From a virus (taxonomy: Duplodnaviria; Caudoviricetes), in IMG/VR virus record IMGVR_UViG_3300032007_000071, positions 10,074 through 74,073 of that record: a stretch of 64,000 nt of DNA, one strand, 5' to 3'. The notes beneath the pieces are model-generated. The model ran no database searches, was not told where the DNA came from, and worked only from the letters and a program-made list of their open reading frames with translations. Positions 53,772-63,323 of this stretch are shown piece by piece (position 1 is the stretch's first letter; each line of letters begins with the position of its first letter). The translations under genes and the position numbers were made by a program.

Positions 53772-54535
53772 TGGCTAAGTTGACCGACGAAGAGCGCAAG
53801 CGCATATTGGCGAAGATCAAGAAGCTCCTGGCCCTAAAAGAGGGAGCTGAGAAGATTGGCAGTGAGGGCGAAGCCTATGCTGCCGCCAATGGCGTGCACC
53901 GGCTGCTGACAGAGTACAATCTGTCGATGGCGGATGTCATGGGCGAGGACGGCGAGCGGAAAGGTCCGAAGATAGAGCAATCGGAGGGCATATCCTATAT
54001 GAGTCACTTCGGACTGTGGAAGCAGAAGCTGATCGGCATCATCTGCCGATACAACTATTGTCAGTCGCTCATATCGCCACGAACCAAGCAGGTGGTTATT
54101 GTAGGACAAGAAGACAATATCGCCGTCTGTCACCAGCTCTACGACTACCTCGTCAAGGCGTTTGTACGGTTGGCCAAGGAGAAGTTTCTGGATTACTACT
54201 CAATTCACGATATGCCATTGTCGGTAGCTCGCTTGCAGATAGGTGAGAAGGAAGTGGATGAGTTCTTCCATTCCTACTACATTGGCGTTGACTATGGATT
54301 GATAAAAAATTTCGAGTCGCGTCAGCCTACCTCTGATGAGCGTGCGCTCGTGGTGACACACAAGACGGCCATTGACGACTATCTGAAAAAGTTGAATGTC
54401 AAAGAGAGGCGTGGCTCTGTCAACTACGATGAGCTGAACGGCAATGCGCTCATGGAGGGCTATCGTGACGGAAAGAACATCAATCTCGACCGCCAGATCG
54501 GGGGCAGTGAAAATCTAAAGATTGGAAGACGATGA
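53771..54535 (+). CDS. DUF2786-domain protein
   Basis: RILAKIKKLLAL...EA.AA...LL.EYNLS. Confidence 0.8.
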   Translation: MAKLTDEERKRILAKIKKLLALKEGAEKIGSEGEAYAAANGVHRLLTEYNLSMADVMGEDGERKGPKIEQSEGISYMSHFGLWKQKLIGIICRYNYCQSLISPRTKQVVIVGQEDNIAVCHQLYDYLVKAFVRLAKEKFLDYYSIHDMPLSVARLQIGEKEVDEFFHSYYIGVDYGLIKNFESRQPTSDERALVVTHKTAIDDYLKKLNVKERRGSVNYDELNGNALMEGYRDGKNINLDRQIGGSENLKIGRR

Positions 54536-55335
54536 GTAATAAATGTATCTATCAGCCTTCGGGCGCGGCACGAGAATATGGGGCGTGGGCGTGCAATCTA
54601 TATAACGGATGCCGCCATCAGTGCGACTATTGCTACTGCCGTCGGGGAGCATGGAGAAACGTCCTCGGTGTGGATAAACCCGTACTGAAGACGATGGTTG
54701 GGAATGACGAGGAAGAAGCCTTTCTGACCTTTCGTCGGGAGCTGCTGCAACACCGGGATGAGATCCTCGAAGCGGGCACGGGACTCTTCTTCTCCTTCTC
54801 GACCGACCCCATGCAACGGGAGGAGATAGCCCTGACGATGCGGTGCGTGCAGGAGTGCCGGATAGAACAGGTACCCGTACAGATCCTCACAAAGGCGACC
54901 TGGTGGACGAAAGTGGGAAACACCATGGAGGGCGACTATCTTAGGCAGCTCGTGGCATGGAGGGATTACGTCACCATCGGGGTGACGCTCACCGGGCACG
55001 ACGAGTTGGAACCGGGGGCTCCGACGAACAGAGAGCGCATTATCCTGCTCAACCATCTGCTCCATTGTGACATCCGTACCTTTGTGAGCTTGGAGCCAGT
55101 GATAGACTTCGAAAGCAGTCTGAAGATGATCCTCGACACACTGGACGTCACGGCGGAATACCGCATCGGACTGATGTCGCCCTACAAGAAGGACCGCTAT
55201 GACCACGAGCAGTGTGAGCGGTTCTGCAAGAAGGTGACGGAGCTGTCTCAAAGGTACGGCTTCACCGTGAAATGGAAAGAGAGCATCCGGAAATTCTATG
55301 AGGACGGACTACCACTCTTAAAACTGATGAAGTGA
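54532..55335 (+). CDS. radical SAM protein (spore photoproduct lyase-like)
   Basis: GCRHQCDYCY (CxxxCxxC), FSTDP, ILTK, VSLEP. Confidence 0.85.
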   Translation: MSNKCIYQPSGAAREYGAWACNLYNGCRHQCDYCYCRRGAWRNVLGVDKPVLKTMVGNDEEEAFLTFRRELLQHRDEILEAGTGLFFSFSTDPMQREEIALTMRCVQECRIEQVPVQILTKATWWTKVGNTMEGDYLRQLVAWRDYVTIGVTLTGHDELEPGAPTNRERIILLNHLLHCDIRTFVSLEPVIDFESSLKMILDTLDVTAEYRIGLMSPYKKDRYDHEQCERFCKKVTELSQRYGFTVKWKESIRKFYEDGLPLLKLMK

Positions 55336-55395
55336 GGTGTTTCCAAAATGGAAATAGCCACTTGACAGTCATTCATAACCATCATCAATAAAATT

Positions 55396-56124
55396 ATGGA
55401 AACAACAAAAGCTACAAGAACATTTACAGACTATCAACTGCATCGGGCATTGCAGATGTCTGTCAGCAAGGAGAAGAACGAGGACGATTGGGAATGGTTA
55501 CATCCCGATCCCTTTATCCAGCGTGAACACGTAACGGGTACCGACGGCAAACATGCCGTCAACATCCCAGTATCGTTCTTTCCTGCCGTCACATGGTTTA
55601 CAGCAGCGAATACGCCGGGTATCGAGGAACTATTCGATAAAATGGAAAAGTTAGAGAAACCCGCCATCACAATCACCCTTGATGCCATCAACGCTGTCTT
55701 AGGCCAGGTGCCGACAACAAAGTATGAGACGTGCCCCGAATGTAACGGCGACGGCTGGGTGACTTACCGCTACCGCTGCAAGATGCAAGACAAGACTCTG
55801 ACCGAGCAAGAGCCGTGTCCGATATGCGACCGCAGGGGCGTAATCAGTGCCGAGAGCACCCCGGCGTTCTTCTATCCTGTGTGGATAGATGGCTACAAAA
55901 TTACGTGCAACGAGTTGACGTGGCTGCGTGACGTGATGATGTGCCTCGGCATGTACTCGGTGGCCTATCATGGTGGCGACGCCGGTTGTTGCTACTTTCG
56001 GCAAGACGGCATCCGTTTCCTGATCGCTGCCCTCGTGAGCGATGAGACGACCAAGAAGCTGCGTCGGAAATACGAGGTGAAGTCGAAAAGGGAACTGGTG
56101 CTCGTGAAGACTGCGGAACCTTAA
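55396..56124 (+). CDS. hypothetical protein with inserted DnaJ-type zinc finger
   Basis: CPECNGDG and CPICDRRG. Confidence 0.65.
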   Translation: METTKATRTFTDYQLHRALQMSVSKEKNEDDWEWLHPDPFIQREHVTGTDGKHAVNIPVSFFPAVTWFTAANTPGIEELFDKMEKLEKPAITITLDAINAVLGQVPTTKYETCPECNGDGWVTYRYRCKMQDKTLTEQEPCPICDRRGVISAESTPAFFYPVWIDGYKITCNELTWLRDVMMCLGMYSVAYHGGDAGCCYFRQDGIRFLIAALVSDETTKKLRRKYEVKSKRELVLVKTAEP

Positions 56125-56136
56125 TAATTGGAAGAG

Positions 56137-56361
56137 ATGGTAACATTAACAGATTATCAACCCAAATGCCACTCCTGCGTCTATGGTTATCGTAACGAGT
56201 GTCACTGTCAGAAAAGCATTTATTGCGGCATGGATTTAGACCGTATCCCATGGGAGGGTTGTCCCTGCTTCCTCTCACAACGTAAATGGGGGCATGACAA
56301 ACCCAAGAAGAAACGCAAGAAGAAGTACCCGAGCCTGGAAGAATTCGAGTTCGGGGTGTAA
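56137..56361 (+). CDS. small Cys-rich protein
   Basis: CHSC, CHC, C...CPC; start moved to the ATG at 56137. Confidence 0.55.
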   Translation: MVTLTDYQPKCHSCVYGYRNECHCQKSIYCGMDLDRIPWEGCPCFLSQRKWGHDKPKKKRKKKYPSLEEFEFGV

Positions 56362-56379
56362 CAATCAAAACAAAAGACA

Positions 56380-56619
56380 ATGGAAAATAATACGCATCAG
56401 GAAGGGCTTCAGATGGAAGCCGACGCCAATTGGGAACAGGTACGTAACTGTGCGGCCGTTGCTGCCTTGCAGGGAATCGTGTCATCAAGTACACATTGGA
56501 ACGCATCCTGTCACGTTGTTGAAGGCATTAGTGGAACGGCGGCAGCAAGAGAGGCTGTGTGTTTTGCAGACTCGCTGGTTGCAGAGCTGAAGAAGAAGCG
56601 TGAGAACAAAGATAAGTGA
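56380..56619 (+). CDS. hypothetical phage protein
   Basis: WEQVR..AA..ALQG...A...AD.L...LK pattern common in phage small ORFs. Confidence 0.65.
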   Translation: MENNTHQEGLQMEADANWEQVRNCAAVAALQGIVSSSTHWNASCHVVEGISGTAAAREAVCFADSLVAELKKKRENKDK

Positions 56620-56638
56620 TAATAAAGATAAGAAAACC

Positions 56639-56878
56639 ATGAGAGCAACAGAACAACGGTTAAAAAGCATCGTGATTGACCGGTTAGGCGTAGAGGACAG
56701 TGAGGTGTCGTGTGATGCCAACTTCACCGAGGATCTCGACGCTGACAGTCTCGACATCGCCTTCCTGGTGATGGATGCAGAGAAAGAGTTTGGTATCAGC
56801 ATACCCGATGCCGACGCAGAGAAGATACACACCTTTGGCGAGGCTGTGGACTACATCAATCGGTTTCCAGAATACTAA
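56639..56878 (+). CDS. acpP: acyl carrier protein
   Basis: F.EDLDADSLD...LVM.AEKEFGISIPDADAEKI.T.GEAVDYI with the conserved phosphopantetheine Ser. Confidence 0.92.
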   Translation: MRATEQRLKSIVIDRLGVEDSEVSCDANFTEDLDADSLDIAFLVMDAEKEFGISIPDADAEKIHTFGEAVDYINRFPEY

Positions 56879-56883
56879 AGACT

Positions 56884-57540
56884 ATGGAAAAGAAACCTGA
56901 ATGGACAAGGTTGGAAGAAATTGTCATCGACCCCGAATTCGGACGTTTCACAAAGACGGCCAAGACACGAGCTCTGAAAGCTCTGATGTATGCCGGAAAG
57001 CTGGACGACGTTGACAGCTTCCTGCTGGCGTGGCACGACTCAAAGGTTTCGGTGGGACGATATTCATGCCGCATCAATCCAGTCACTGACAAACGCATCG
57101 CTAACCACTTAGTGTGCTGCTATCCACGTGGCAGCAGCAATCCATACGAAGGTGATAAGGTGAATGCCTATGTCGAGGCTCTCTTCCATACTATCCAAAA
57201 GCGCAATCCTGCACTCGTGGCGAAGTATATGCGAGGCGTTGATAAGCCGATGAAGATGTACCAGGTGGCCTACGTGGTTAACAACGACGGGGTCGGTACG
57301 AATATGTCGGAAGTGTACTACGGCTTTGACTCTGTCTTTGATGTCATGCACGCGCTTTCCGACAAATACGGCTACTATCCCCTTGTGCTGAACGTCTACA
57401 GTGAGACGCTGCCAACCGATGTTACCGACACGCTCCGTTTCCTTTACGGGTTTAAGCAGGGCAGTTATTCGGCTAAGGAGTGGTACGAAAATTTTGATGA
57501 AGCAAAGAAAATCTTAGAAAACAGCAATGGAAAAAAGTAA
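56884..57540 (+). CDS. hypothetical protein
   Basis: 218 aa co-directional ORF. Confidence 0.7.
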   Translation: MEKKPEWTRLEEIVIDPEFGRFTKTAKTRALKALMYAGKLDDVDSFLLAWHDSKVSVGRYSCRINPVTDKRIANHLVCCYPRGSSNPYEGDKVNAYVEALFHTIQKRNPALVAKYMRGVDKPMKMYQVAYVVNNDGVGTNMSEVYYGFDSVFDVMHALSDKYGYYPLVLNVYSETLPTDVTDTLRFLYGFKQGSYSAKEWYENFDEAKKILENSNGKK

Positions 57541-57997
57541 CGACAAACAATTCACCATCACCCTCAATGAGCGGCAGCTAAAGGTCCTTGCCTACGCTTG
57601 CCGGATGACAGGCAGACTGATTCTCGGTCAACTCGACTGCTCGCTCCAAGAGTGCTGCGAGGATGCGTTTGAGAAGATCCATAAGGATGATGGCCTTGGA
57701 AAGTTTGGCGGCCAGTCGTGGAATATGATGGAGTCTCTTGTCGATCTATCTATACAAACACTCCGCAAGGTGTGCTGGGGAGTGGAATATTGGGAGAACC
57801 ACGGCATAGGGTTCAGCGATACCGCTGACATCCTCTTGGATATGCGAAAGGTTATGGAACATGCCTTGTGGTAGGAGGAAAACCCAGAGGCGCGGTGCGA
57901 CATAACCAGCGACGCTTTCGAGCATACAAACCAAATCGGGAGCGAAAGGAACATTAAAGTAACTAAGTGTGGCGACAATGGAAAAGAAAAACGATAA
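57527..57997 (+). pseudogene. tandem paralog of 57978..58442 with in-frame TAG at 57872-57874
   Basis: homology to the second copy continues in frame past the TAG (TTG in the paralog) to a TAA at 57995. Confidence 0.7.
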
Positions 57998-58442
57998 ACA
58001 ATTCATCATCACGCTCAATGAGCGGCAGCTAAAGCTCCTTGCCTACGCTTGCCGGGTGACAGACCGACTGATCCTCGGCCAGCTCGACTTCTCGCTTCAG
58101 GAGTGCTGTGAGAACGCGTTTGAGAAGCTCCACAAGGGTAAGGAAGCCGGGAAGATTGGTAGCGACGAATGGTACGCTATGCGGTTCGAGGTCGAAGAAG
58201 CGATACATAAGCTCCGTGAACTGTGTTGGGGTGTGGAATATGGCGAGAACCACGGCATCGGTTACGACGATACCGCAGACGTATTATTCGATATGCAGAA
58301 GGTAATCGAACATAGCATGTGGTTGGAGAAAAACCCCGAAGAGAGGTCCAACATAACCAACGACGCCTTCGAGCATACAAGCCCATTCGGGAGCGAAAGA
58401 AATATTAAAGTAACTAAGTGTGGCGACAATGGAAATTCATGA
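57978..58442 (+). CDS. hypothetical protein, intact tandem paralog
   Basis: 451-bp periodic duplication. Confidence 0.75.
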   Translation: MEKKNDKQFIITLNERQLKLLAYACRVTDRLILGQLDFSLQECCENAFEKLHKGKEAGKIGSDEWYAMRFEVEEAIHKLRELCWGVEYGENHGIGYDDTADVLFDMQKVIEHSMWLEKNPEERSNITNDAFEHTSPFGSERNIKVTKCGDNGNS

Positions 58443-58641
58443 AATTAAAAAGAGCAAGAGCCGTTTGCATCGGGTGATTAGGTTTCTGGCTCGTACTGAG
58501 CTCGTTTTGGGGTGGCTCGCTTTATTGGCCTACTTTAACTATTGGGCCTTTTCGAGTGGTGATCTTTTTCCGATTTTCTTGCTGACTTTTGCTGACACTT
58601 CGCTTGTACTGTTGATTTTGGATATTGTAACTTCTGATTAA
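58429..58641 (+). CDS. small two-helix membrane protein
   Basis: two hydrophobic segments. Confidence 0.55.
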   Translation: MEIHEIKKSKSRLHRVIRFLARTELVLGWLALLAYFNYWAFSSGDLFPIFLLTFADTSLVLLILDIVTSD

Positions 58642-58646
58642 AGATT

Positions 58647-59219
58647 ATGGATAATAAGCAACTGAACGCACTGAAAGATCGTGCGTATAAAACAGCCGTT
58701 GCACACGGCTTCCACGAGGAGGAGAGACCGGATGCCTTCTGGCTCGGTCTCGTGATGAGCGAGATGGGCGAGGCTATCAATGCGGACCAGAAGGGACTGC
58801 ACGCTAATGTGGTAAGATTTGTGGAGGATATGGAGCTTGGAAATCCTTTCAAGGAGAGCTTCGAGGCGCACGTCAAGGACAGTCTGGAAGACGAGCTTGC
58901 GGATGTGGTCATCCGATTGCTTGACTTTTCAGGGCGGAAAGGAATCGAGCTGTCTATTACACCAAAAGAAGAACTTGTATCTCATATTTCGGAAGCATTT
59001 GATAATTTGAAACTGCCCGGCGTCCTCTTTTGTCTTGCTGGTGTTCTTCATAGCTCGATTCTAAACGGTGAACTTGAATCGTACATCTGTGGTCTCATCA
59101 GTATCTTGTCCGACTGCTTCAAGAAGATTACAGGCAGAGACTATGATTTATGGTGGTTCGTTGAGCAAAAGATGCAGTACAACGAGCTTCGTCCGAAGCT
59201 GAACGGGAAGAAATACTAA
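58647..59219 (+). CDS. MazG-like nucleotide pyrophosphohydrolase
   Basis: LVMSEMGEA...EDELADVVIRLLD, KM.YNELR. Confidence 0.75.
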   Translation: MDNKQLNALKDRAYKTAVAHGFHEEERPDAFWLGLVMSEMGEAINADQKGLHANVVRFVEDMELGNPFKESFEAHVKDSLEDELADVVIRLLDFSGRKGIELSITPKEELVSHISEAFDNLKLPGVLFCLAGVLHSSILNGELESYICGLISILSDCFKKITGRDYDLWWFVEQKMQYNELRPKLNGKKY

Positions 59220-59254
59220 AGCAAATAAACGATAAGATGAATGGTTAGAAACTG

Positions 59255-59494
59255 ATGACAGAAGAACAATTCGCAAGGTATAAATTCAGGAGCTGCGAGC
59301 CTATAATCTTTCATCAAAGGCACCCAACAATTGATGTCGAGATGATGCTGTTAGCAGTAGATTTCGAGAACGAGATATTGAAGCTCGCTCCTATTGATAC
59401 CTATCTGTACGAAGATAACGCTATTTGGGTTAATCGAGAGTTCTGCGACAAACCGAGAGCGATAATGAAAATCGTTAAATGCAAGAAACAGTGA
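59255..59494 (+). CDS. hypothetical protein
   Basis: 79 aa. Confidence 0.6.
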   Translation: MTEEQFARYKFRSCEPIIFHQRHPTIDVEMMLLAVDFENEILKLAPIDTYLYEDNAIWVNREFCDKPRAIMKIVKCKKQ

Positions 59495-59497
59495 ATT

Positions 59498-60196
59498 ATG
59501 AAAGACGAACAGAAATTAAAATTATTGCGGTTAGCTATTAACTACGCAAGCGACCTTGACGAAGCGAAGGCAAATGTGTCATTCATTATTGGAGACAGGA
59601 GCCCGATCGTTACTTGTGCTCCACGAGCAGATGAAGGTGATGGGCGCACTAAGGCCGTCAAAGAGGGCGGAGTGTATATTGTTACGAAGGGACTTCCACC
59701 AATTCCTTTCGGAGCTGTTGGTGTAGTGCAAAATCCAGAGAAGTTCAATGTCATGGTTAGCTATCATGGCCACGAATGGATTGTTGCTAAGGAAGATTTG
59801 AAGGGTGATGAATTACCTCTGTTTTCTGATGATTCGCACCCAGAAGATACCTCCTCATTCTACAAGTGCGAAATCGAGGCTATTAATGATTTCGACATGA
59901 AGTCTTGTACAGAGCATCTTCGAAAGGCTGGTATTGCATTCGAGTTGGATGCTGACTTGTACATTCCTACTGCCGGGCAGCTCGCAGCCATGTTTCTCTT
60001 TCGCAAAGAGCTGAACAAGGCTCTTGAAATGGTAGGTGGAACTCCAATGAAAGAGGAAATATACTGGTCATCAAGCGAGGGCGGTGCGTGGAGCAGTTGG
60101 GGCGTCGCCTTCGGTTCGGGCTACGTCGGCTACCGGAACGGCAAGTACCCCGACTACTACGTTCGTCCTTGCACGGCGTGTGAACTTAAAAGATAA
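59498..60196 (+). CDS. putative DGR target protein (C-type lectin/DUF1566-like C-terminus)
   Basis: YIPTAGQL...YWSSSE...W.V.F..G......K....YVR signature; NNC-rich terminal region. Confidence 0.75.
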   Translation: MKDEQKLKLLRLAINYASDLDEAKANVSFIIGDRSPIVTCAPRADEGDGRTKAVKEGGVYIVTKGLPPIPFGAVGVVQNPEKFNVMVSYHGHEWIVAKEDLKGDELPLFSDDSHPEDTSSFYKCEIEAINDFDMKSCTEHLRKAGIAFELDADLYIPTAGQLAAMFLFRKELNKALEMVGGTPMKEEIYWSSSEGGAWSSWGVAFGSGYVGYRNGKYPDYYVRPCTACELKR

Positions 60197-60204
60197 TAAT
60201 AGCC

Positions 60205-60456
60205 ATGCCACAAAGACATCCAGCAGATAGTCAAGCGTTGCAAGACTACTATCATAGCCAAGAGTTTGAAGAATTCAAGAAACAATTTTTTAACGAAAAT
60301 AATATGGAGAAGAAACAACCTGATTTTTACGACGAACCCTTCAAGACGGATGGGGAGGGCAATGAGCTGACCGTCCGTGATTGCTTGAATCGCAGAGAGC
60401 GTAGACAGCTGATGAGAGAGAAGAAGAGAATGTCGAAGAAGAATAAACGCAGATAA
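60205..60456 (+). CDS. hypothetical protein
   Basis: co-directional; true start uncertain (possibly 60304). Confidence 0.5.
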   Translation: MPQRHPADSQALQDYYHSQEFEEFKKQFFNENNMEKKQPDFYDEPFKTDGEGNELTVRDCLNRRERRQLMREKKRMSKKNKRR

Positions 60457-60466
60457 CATTACGCTT

Positions 60467-60973
60467 ATGGAAAGAGTTTGGTTACGTGGTGTACCAGGAC
60501 GCGGCAAGGAAGTAATGGACTTGCTTGCAAAATTTGGTGGGAAACCAACAGATATTGCTTCAGGTTGTTCAGATGATCCAAAGTATATACTCTTTATGGA
60601 TCACGATGATGAAATATGTGCTATGTCTGAAAATCTCGAGCTTGCTAAGGTCATCATGGATTGTTATAACCCCATTAGTCTGCCTGCAGAAGATCATTTT
60701 TGGGAGGATGGTACACTTTTGATTAGAAGAAACATTCTTCAAACTTTCGGTATTGATTACGCAATCTTTAAAGCCACTGATAGTACATTGCCATTCTTTA
60801 TGGTATACGCCGGATTGACAACTGATGATAAAGTTTTTAACGGTGGACTTTGTGATTTCGGAGATTTTCGTCCGGCAACGGAAGGAGAAACCGCTGAGTT
60901 CGTAAACCGCTTACTGGCGATAGGAAAGTTCTGGAATCCCTGGACTAAGAGAATGGAGAATTTGCAACAGTAA
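60467..60973 (+). CDS. hypothetical protein, paralog of 62803..63282
   Basis: shared V...G..GR..EV...L...G and A..IMD.Y..I.LP patterns. Confidence 0.7.
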   Translation: MERVWLRGVPGRGKEVMDLLAKFGGKPTDIASGCSDDPKYILFMDHDDEICAMSENLELAKVIMDCYNPISLPAEDHFWEDGTLLIRRNILQTFGIDYAIFKATDSTLPFFMVYAGLTTDDKVFNGGLCDFGDFRPATEGETAEFVNRLLAIGKFWNPWTKRMENLQQ

Positions 60974-60990
60974 AGTAATACATTACAGCT

Positions 60991-61512
60991 ATGAAAAAGT
61001 ATAAATATCTTTTCTGCGACCTTGATGGTACGCTGATTAAAACGGCAAGTGGGAAAACATTTGCCGAGGACGCTACGGATTTCAGAATCCGTAAAGATGT
61101 GCTCGACAAGATAAAGGAGCTGCATCAAGAAAACGGTTTAGAGTTTATTGCCATTGTTACCAATCAAGGTGGCATCCCTCAGTATATTTCAACGTTTGAT
61201 TTCGTTGCAAAACTTAAAGCAATTGAGACTTTCATAGAAAACATAACACCCATTTTGGTTATGTCTTATTACTGTGATTCGCTCGATCCAAGCGATGAGA
61301 ACAGAAAGCCTAATACGGGTATGCTTGTGAAAGCGGCACGAGGTTGCACGATAATTCTTGGGTCGGAATTTGACAAGGAGAAGGCTTTGATGATTGGAGA
61401 TGCTTCTGGTAAGCCCGGACAATTTAGTGACTCGGACAAGAAGACTGCCGAGAACTTCGGTATCGACTATATGGATGTCGAGGACTTTATAAAACTGAAC
61501 GAGAATGAATAG
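60991..61512 (+). CDS. HAD-IIIA phosphatase (polynucleotide 3'-phosphatase-like)
   Basis: DLDGTLI, IVTNQGG, RKPNTGM, MIGDASG. Confidence 0.85.
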   Translation: MKKYKYLFCDLDGTLIKTASGKTFAEDATDFRIRKDVLDKIKELHQENGLEFIAIVTNQGGIPQYISTFDFVAKLKAIETFIENITPILVMSYYCDSLDPSDENRKPNTGMLVKAARGCTIILGSEFDKEKALMIGDASGKPGQFSDSDKKTAENFGIDYMDVEDFIKLNENE

Positions 61513-61792
61513 ACTACAAGAATTTACGCCTGTATTTACAGAGGAATTGCCATACAAGAAAGATATGGAGTTTGGAAAAATCTATATCAGTCGTGAGCAT
61601 GAGGTCGCTTGTTTCCTCTGTCCTTGCGGATGCGGAGAGGTGAATCACATCAGTTTCATCAAGGGACTTCGGAATCAGTGGACTTTCATCGAAGATAAGG
61701 GAAAGGTCACTTTCAGACCATCCATTGGCTGTTTCGAGTCTTCTTGCAAAAGTCATTTCTTCATCACGGAAAATCATATCGACTGGGTATGA
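61505..61792 (+). CDS. DUF6527-like zinc-binding protein
   Basis: CPCGCGE...W...PSIG...C.SHF.I...I.W. Confidence 0.7.
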   Translation: MNRLQEFTPVFTEELPYKKDMEFGKIYISREHEVACFLCPCGCGEVNHISFIKGLRNQWTFIEDKGKVTFRPSIGCFESSCKSHFFITENHIDWV

Positions 61793-61829
61793 TAAAGAGA
61801 AAATAGATAACCAAGTAAAATAGTAAATT

Positions 61830-61913
61830 ATGGAAACAAAGATTACAGTAACACCCGAAGAGGTGGCAGAGAACATGACTTGCTTAAAGAATGGGGACGA
61901 TAAAAAGAGATAA
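61830..61913 (+). pseudogene. 5' remnant of the gp49-like gene found intact at 63324
   Basis: atggaaacaaa(g/c)attacagtaacacccgaagaggt...gagaacatg shared with 63324-63371, then an early TAA. Confidence 0.6.
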
Positions 61914-61917
61914 GAAC

Positions 61918-62796
61918 ATGAACAACGAGAATAAAACAGAAGACCTACAGCTAATGGCGCAGAATGTTGGCGAGGCGGCCGGCCTTGTTAAACTCATCTG
62001 CGGGATAAGTAACAACGCGGCGCACCAGCTGGCATTGGAAGCCATGGATGTAATCCGCCGCTATCCTGGAGCCAAGAAGCGTATCAAGGGTGGCTACAGT
62101 ATCTGGTATGAATTCAAGCGTGCATTCTTCGCCTTCGAGGAATACGAGCGCAGACTACTCTATAGCGAAGAGTACGGATTCTTCCACCTCGCTGACATGG
62201 CTCCCGAGACTCGCAAGCGTTACGGCGATATTACCGACCGTGAATACTTTCAAATGTGGGAGGTAATGGGTGGCTATAGTTACACACAGCACAGAGATTT
62301 CGCCACGTGCCTTCAGAATAAATGGCGTATCTATTTGGAGCAAAAAGGAATTAAAGATGCTGATGTGAAGGCCTGGGCGCTCACGGCATTGAACGGTTTT
62401 GGTATTGCTGCTATTGGTTTTGAAGCGTCTATGGACCAAGCACACCAGCGGTTCCCATTGTTGAAGTCCTCTGTGCTTCGGAACATCTTCGGTGCATTCT
62501 CCATCCGCCATATCGGACAGATGTGGATGAGCGCAATGGACAGCCTCGATCATGAGGCACTCATGCTCGGACAAGAAGCACTCGACCCTAATTGGGGAAA
62601 CAAGAATATCAAGATCAGCGTTGTTCAACTTCAGGATGCGTGGCTCGGTAAAGAGGCGTTGGCGGATGTTATGCGCCGTGCTATTAATGGCTATTCCGAT
62701 GTCTTCCGCACTCAGGGCGAGATGAAGAAGAGTTTACGAGAAGTCGATGAATTTGAGGAGGACTTGAACAATGCGGAGAAACCATTAAAAGATTAA
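61918..62796 (+). CDS. hypothetical protein
   Basis: about 292 aa helical ORF; start ambiguous (61891 or 61918). Confidence 0.7.
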   Translation: MNNENKTEDLQLMAQNVGEAAGLVKLICGISNNAAHQLALEAMDVIRRYPGAKKRIKGGYSIWYEFKRAFFAFEEYERRLLYSEEYGFFHLADMAPETRKRYGDITDREYFQMWEVMGGYSYTQHRDFATCLQNKWRIYLEQKGIKDADVKAWALTALNGFGIAAIGFEASMDQAHQRFPLLKSSVLRNIFGAFSIRHIGQMWMSAMDSLDHEALMLGQEALDPNWGNKNIKISVVQLQDAWLGKEALADVMRRAINGYSDVFRTQGEMKKSLREVDEFEEDLNNAEKPLKD

Positions 62797-62802
62797 AGGA
62801 AT

Positions 62803-63282
62803 ATGGAAGAAAAGAAAAAGGTATTCATTAAGGGCCGCGAAGGCCGTGAGCAAGAAGTCATAGACATTCTTGCGGAACTGGGAGCCAATGCCCCAAAGTC
62901 CGAACTCGCAGATAGCGACGGCTATTTATATTTCATTAATCACTACAATGAGATTGGCGTTGCGTTAATCAACTCCGAAGTTGGAGCTATAATCATGGAC
63001 AATTACAAGGAGATTGAGCTTCCGCCGTCGTTGTCATGGAAGGAAGGCGACATACTTACTACGGATAAGTACTGGGGTTGCTACGCTGTGTTCAAAAGTT
63101 ACATCAACGACGAAACTTTCGCGGCCAATTTTCTCATATTCGATGAAGAAATGCGCTTCGGTTTAATAACATTGTCTACAGCGTCTTATCGCCTTGCAAA
63201 TGAAAAAGAGAAAGAGGTATTCCATAGACAATACAGTCGTCTGTGGTCCAATCTGAAAGCGGCAAACACCGTCTTAAAATAA
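62803..63282 (+). CDS. hypothetical protein, paralog of 60467..60973
   Basis: see paralog. Confidence 0.7.
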   Translation: MEEKKKVFIKGREGREQEVIDILAELGANAPKSELADSDGYLYFINHYNEIGVALINSEVGAIIMDNYKEIELPPSLSWKEGDILTTDKYWGCYAVFKSYINDETFAANFLIFDEEMRFGLITLSTASYRLANEKEKEVFHRQYSRLWSNLKAANTVLK

Positions 63283-63323
63283 AGATACGGAATGAATGAT
63301 AATCAAATTTTAAATTCACAATT

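Noticed and set aside
51402-56878. Host chromosomal segment (thyX, gmk, acpP) indicating a prophage boundary
   Set aside because: These genes are interspersed and translationally coupled with phage-type ORFs in one operon, without their usual chromosomal neighbours.
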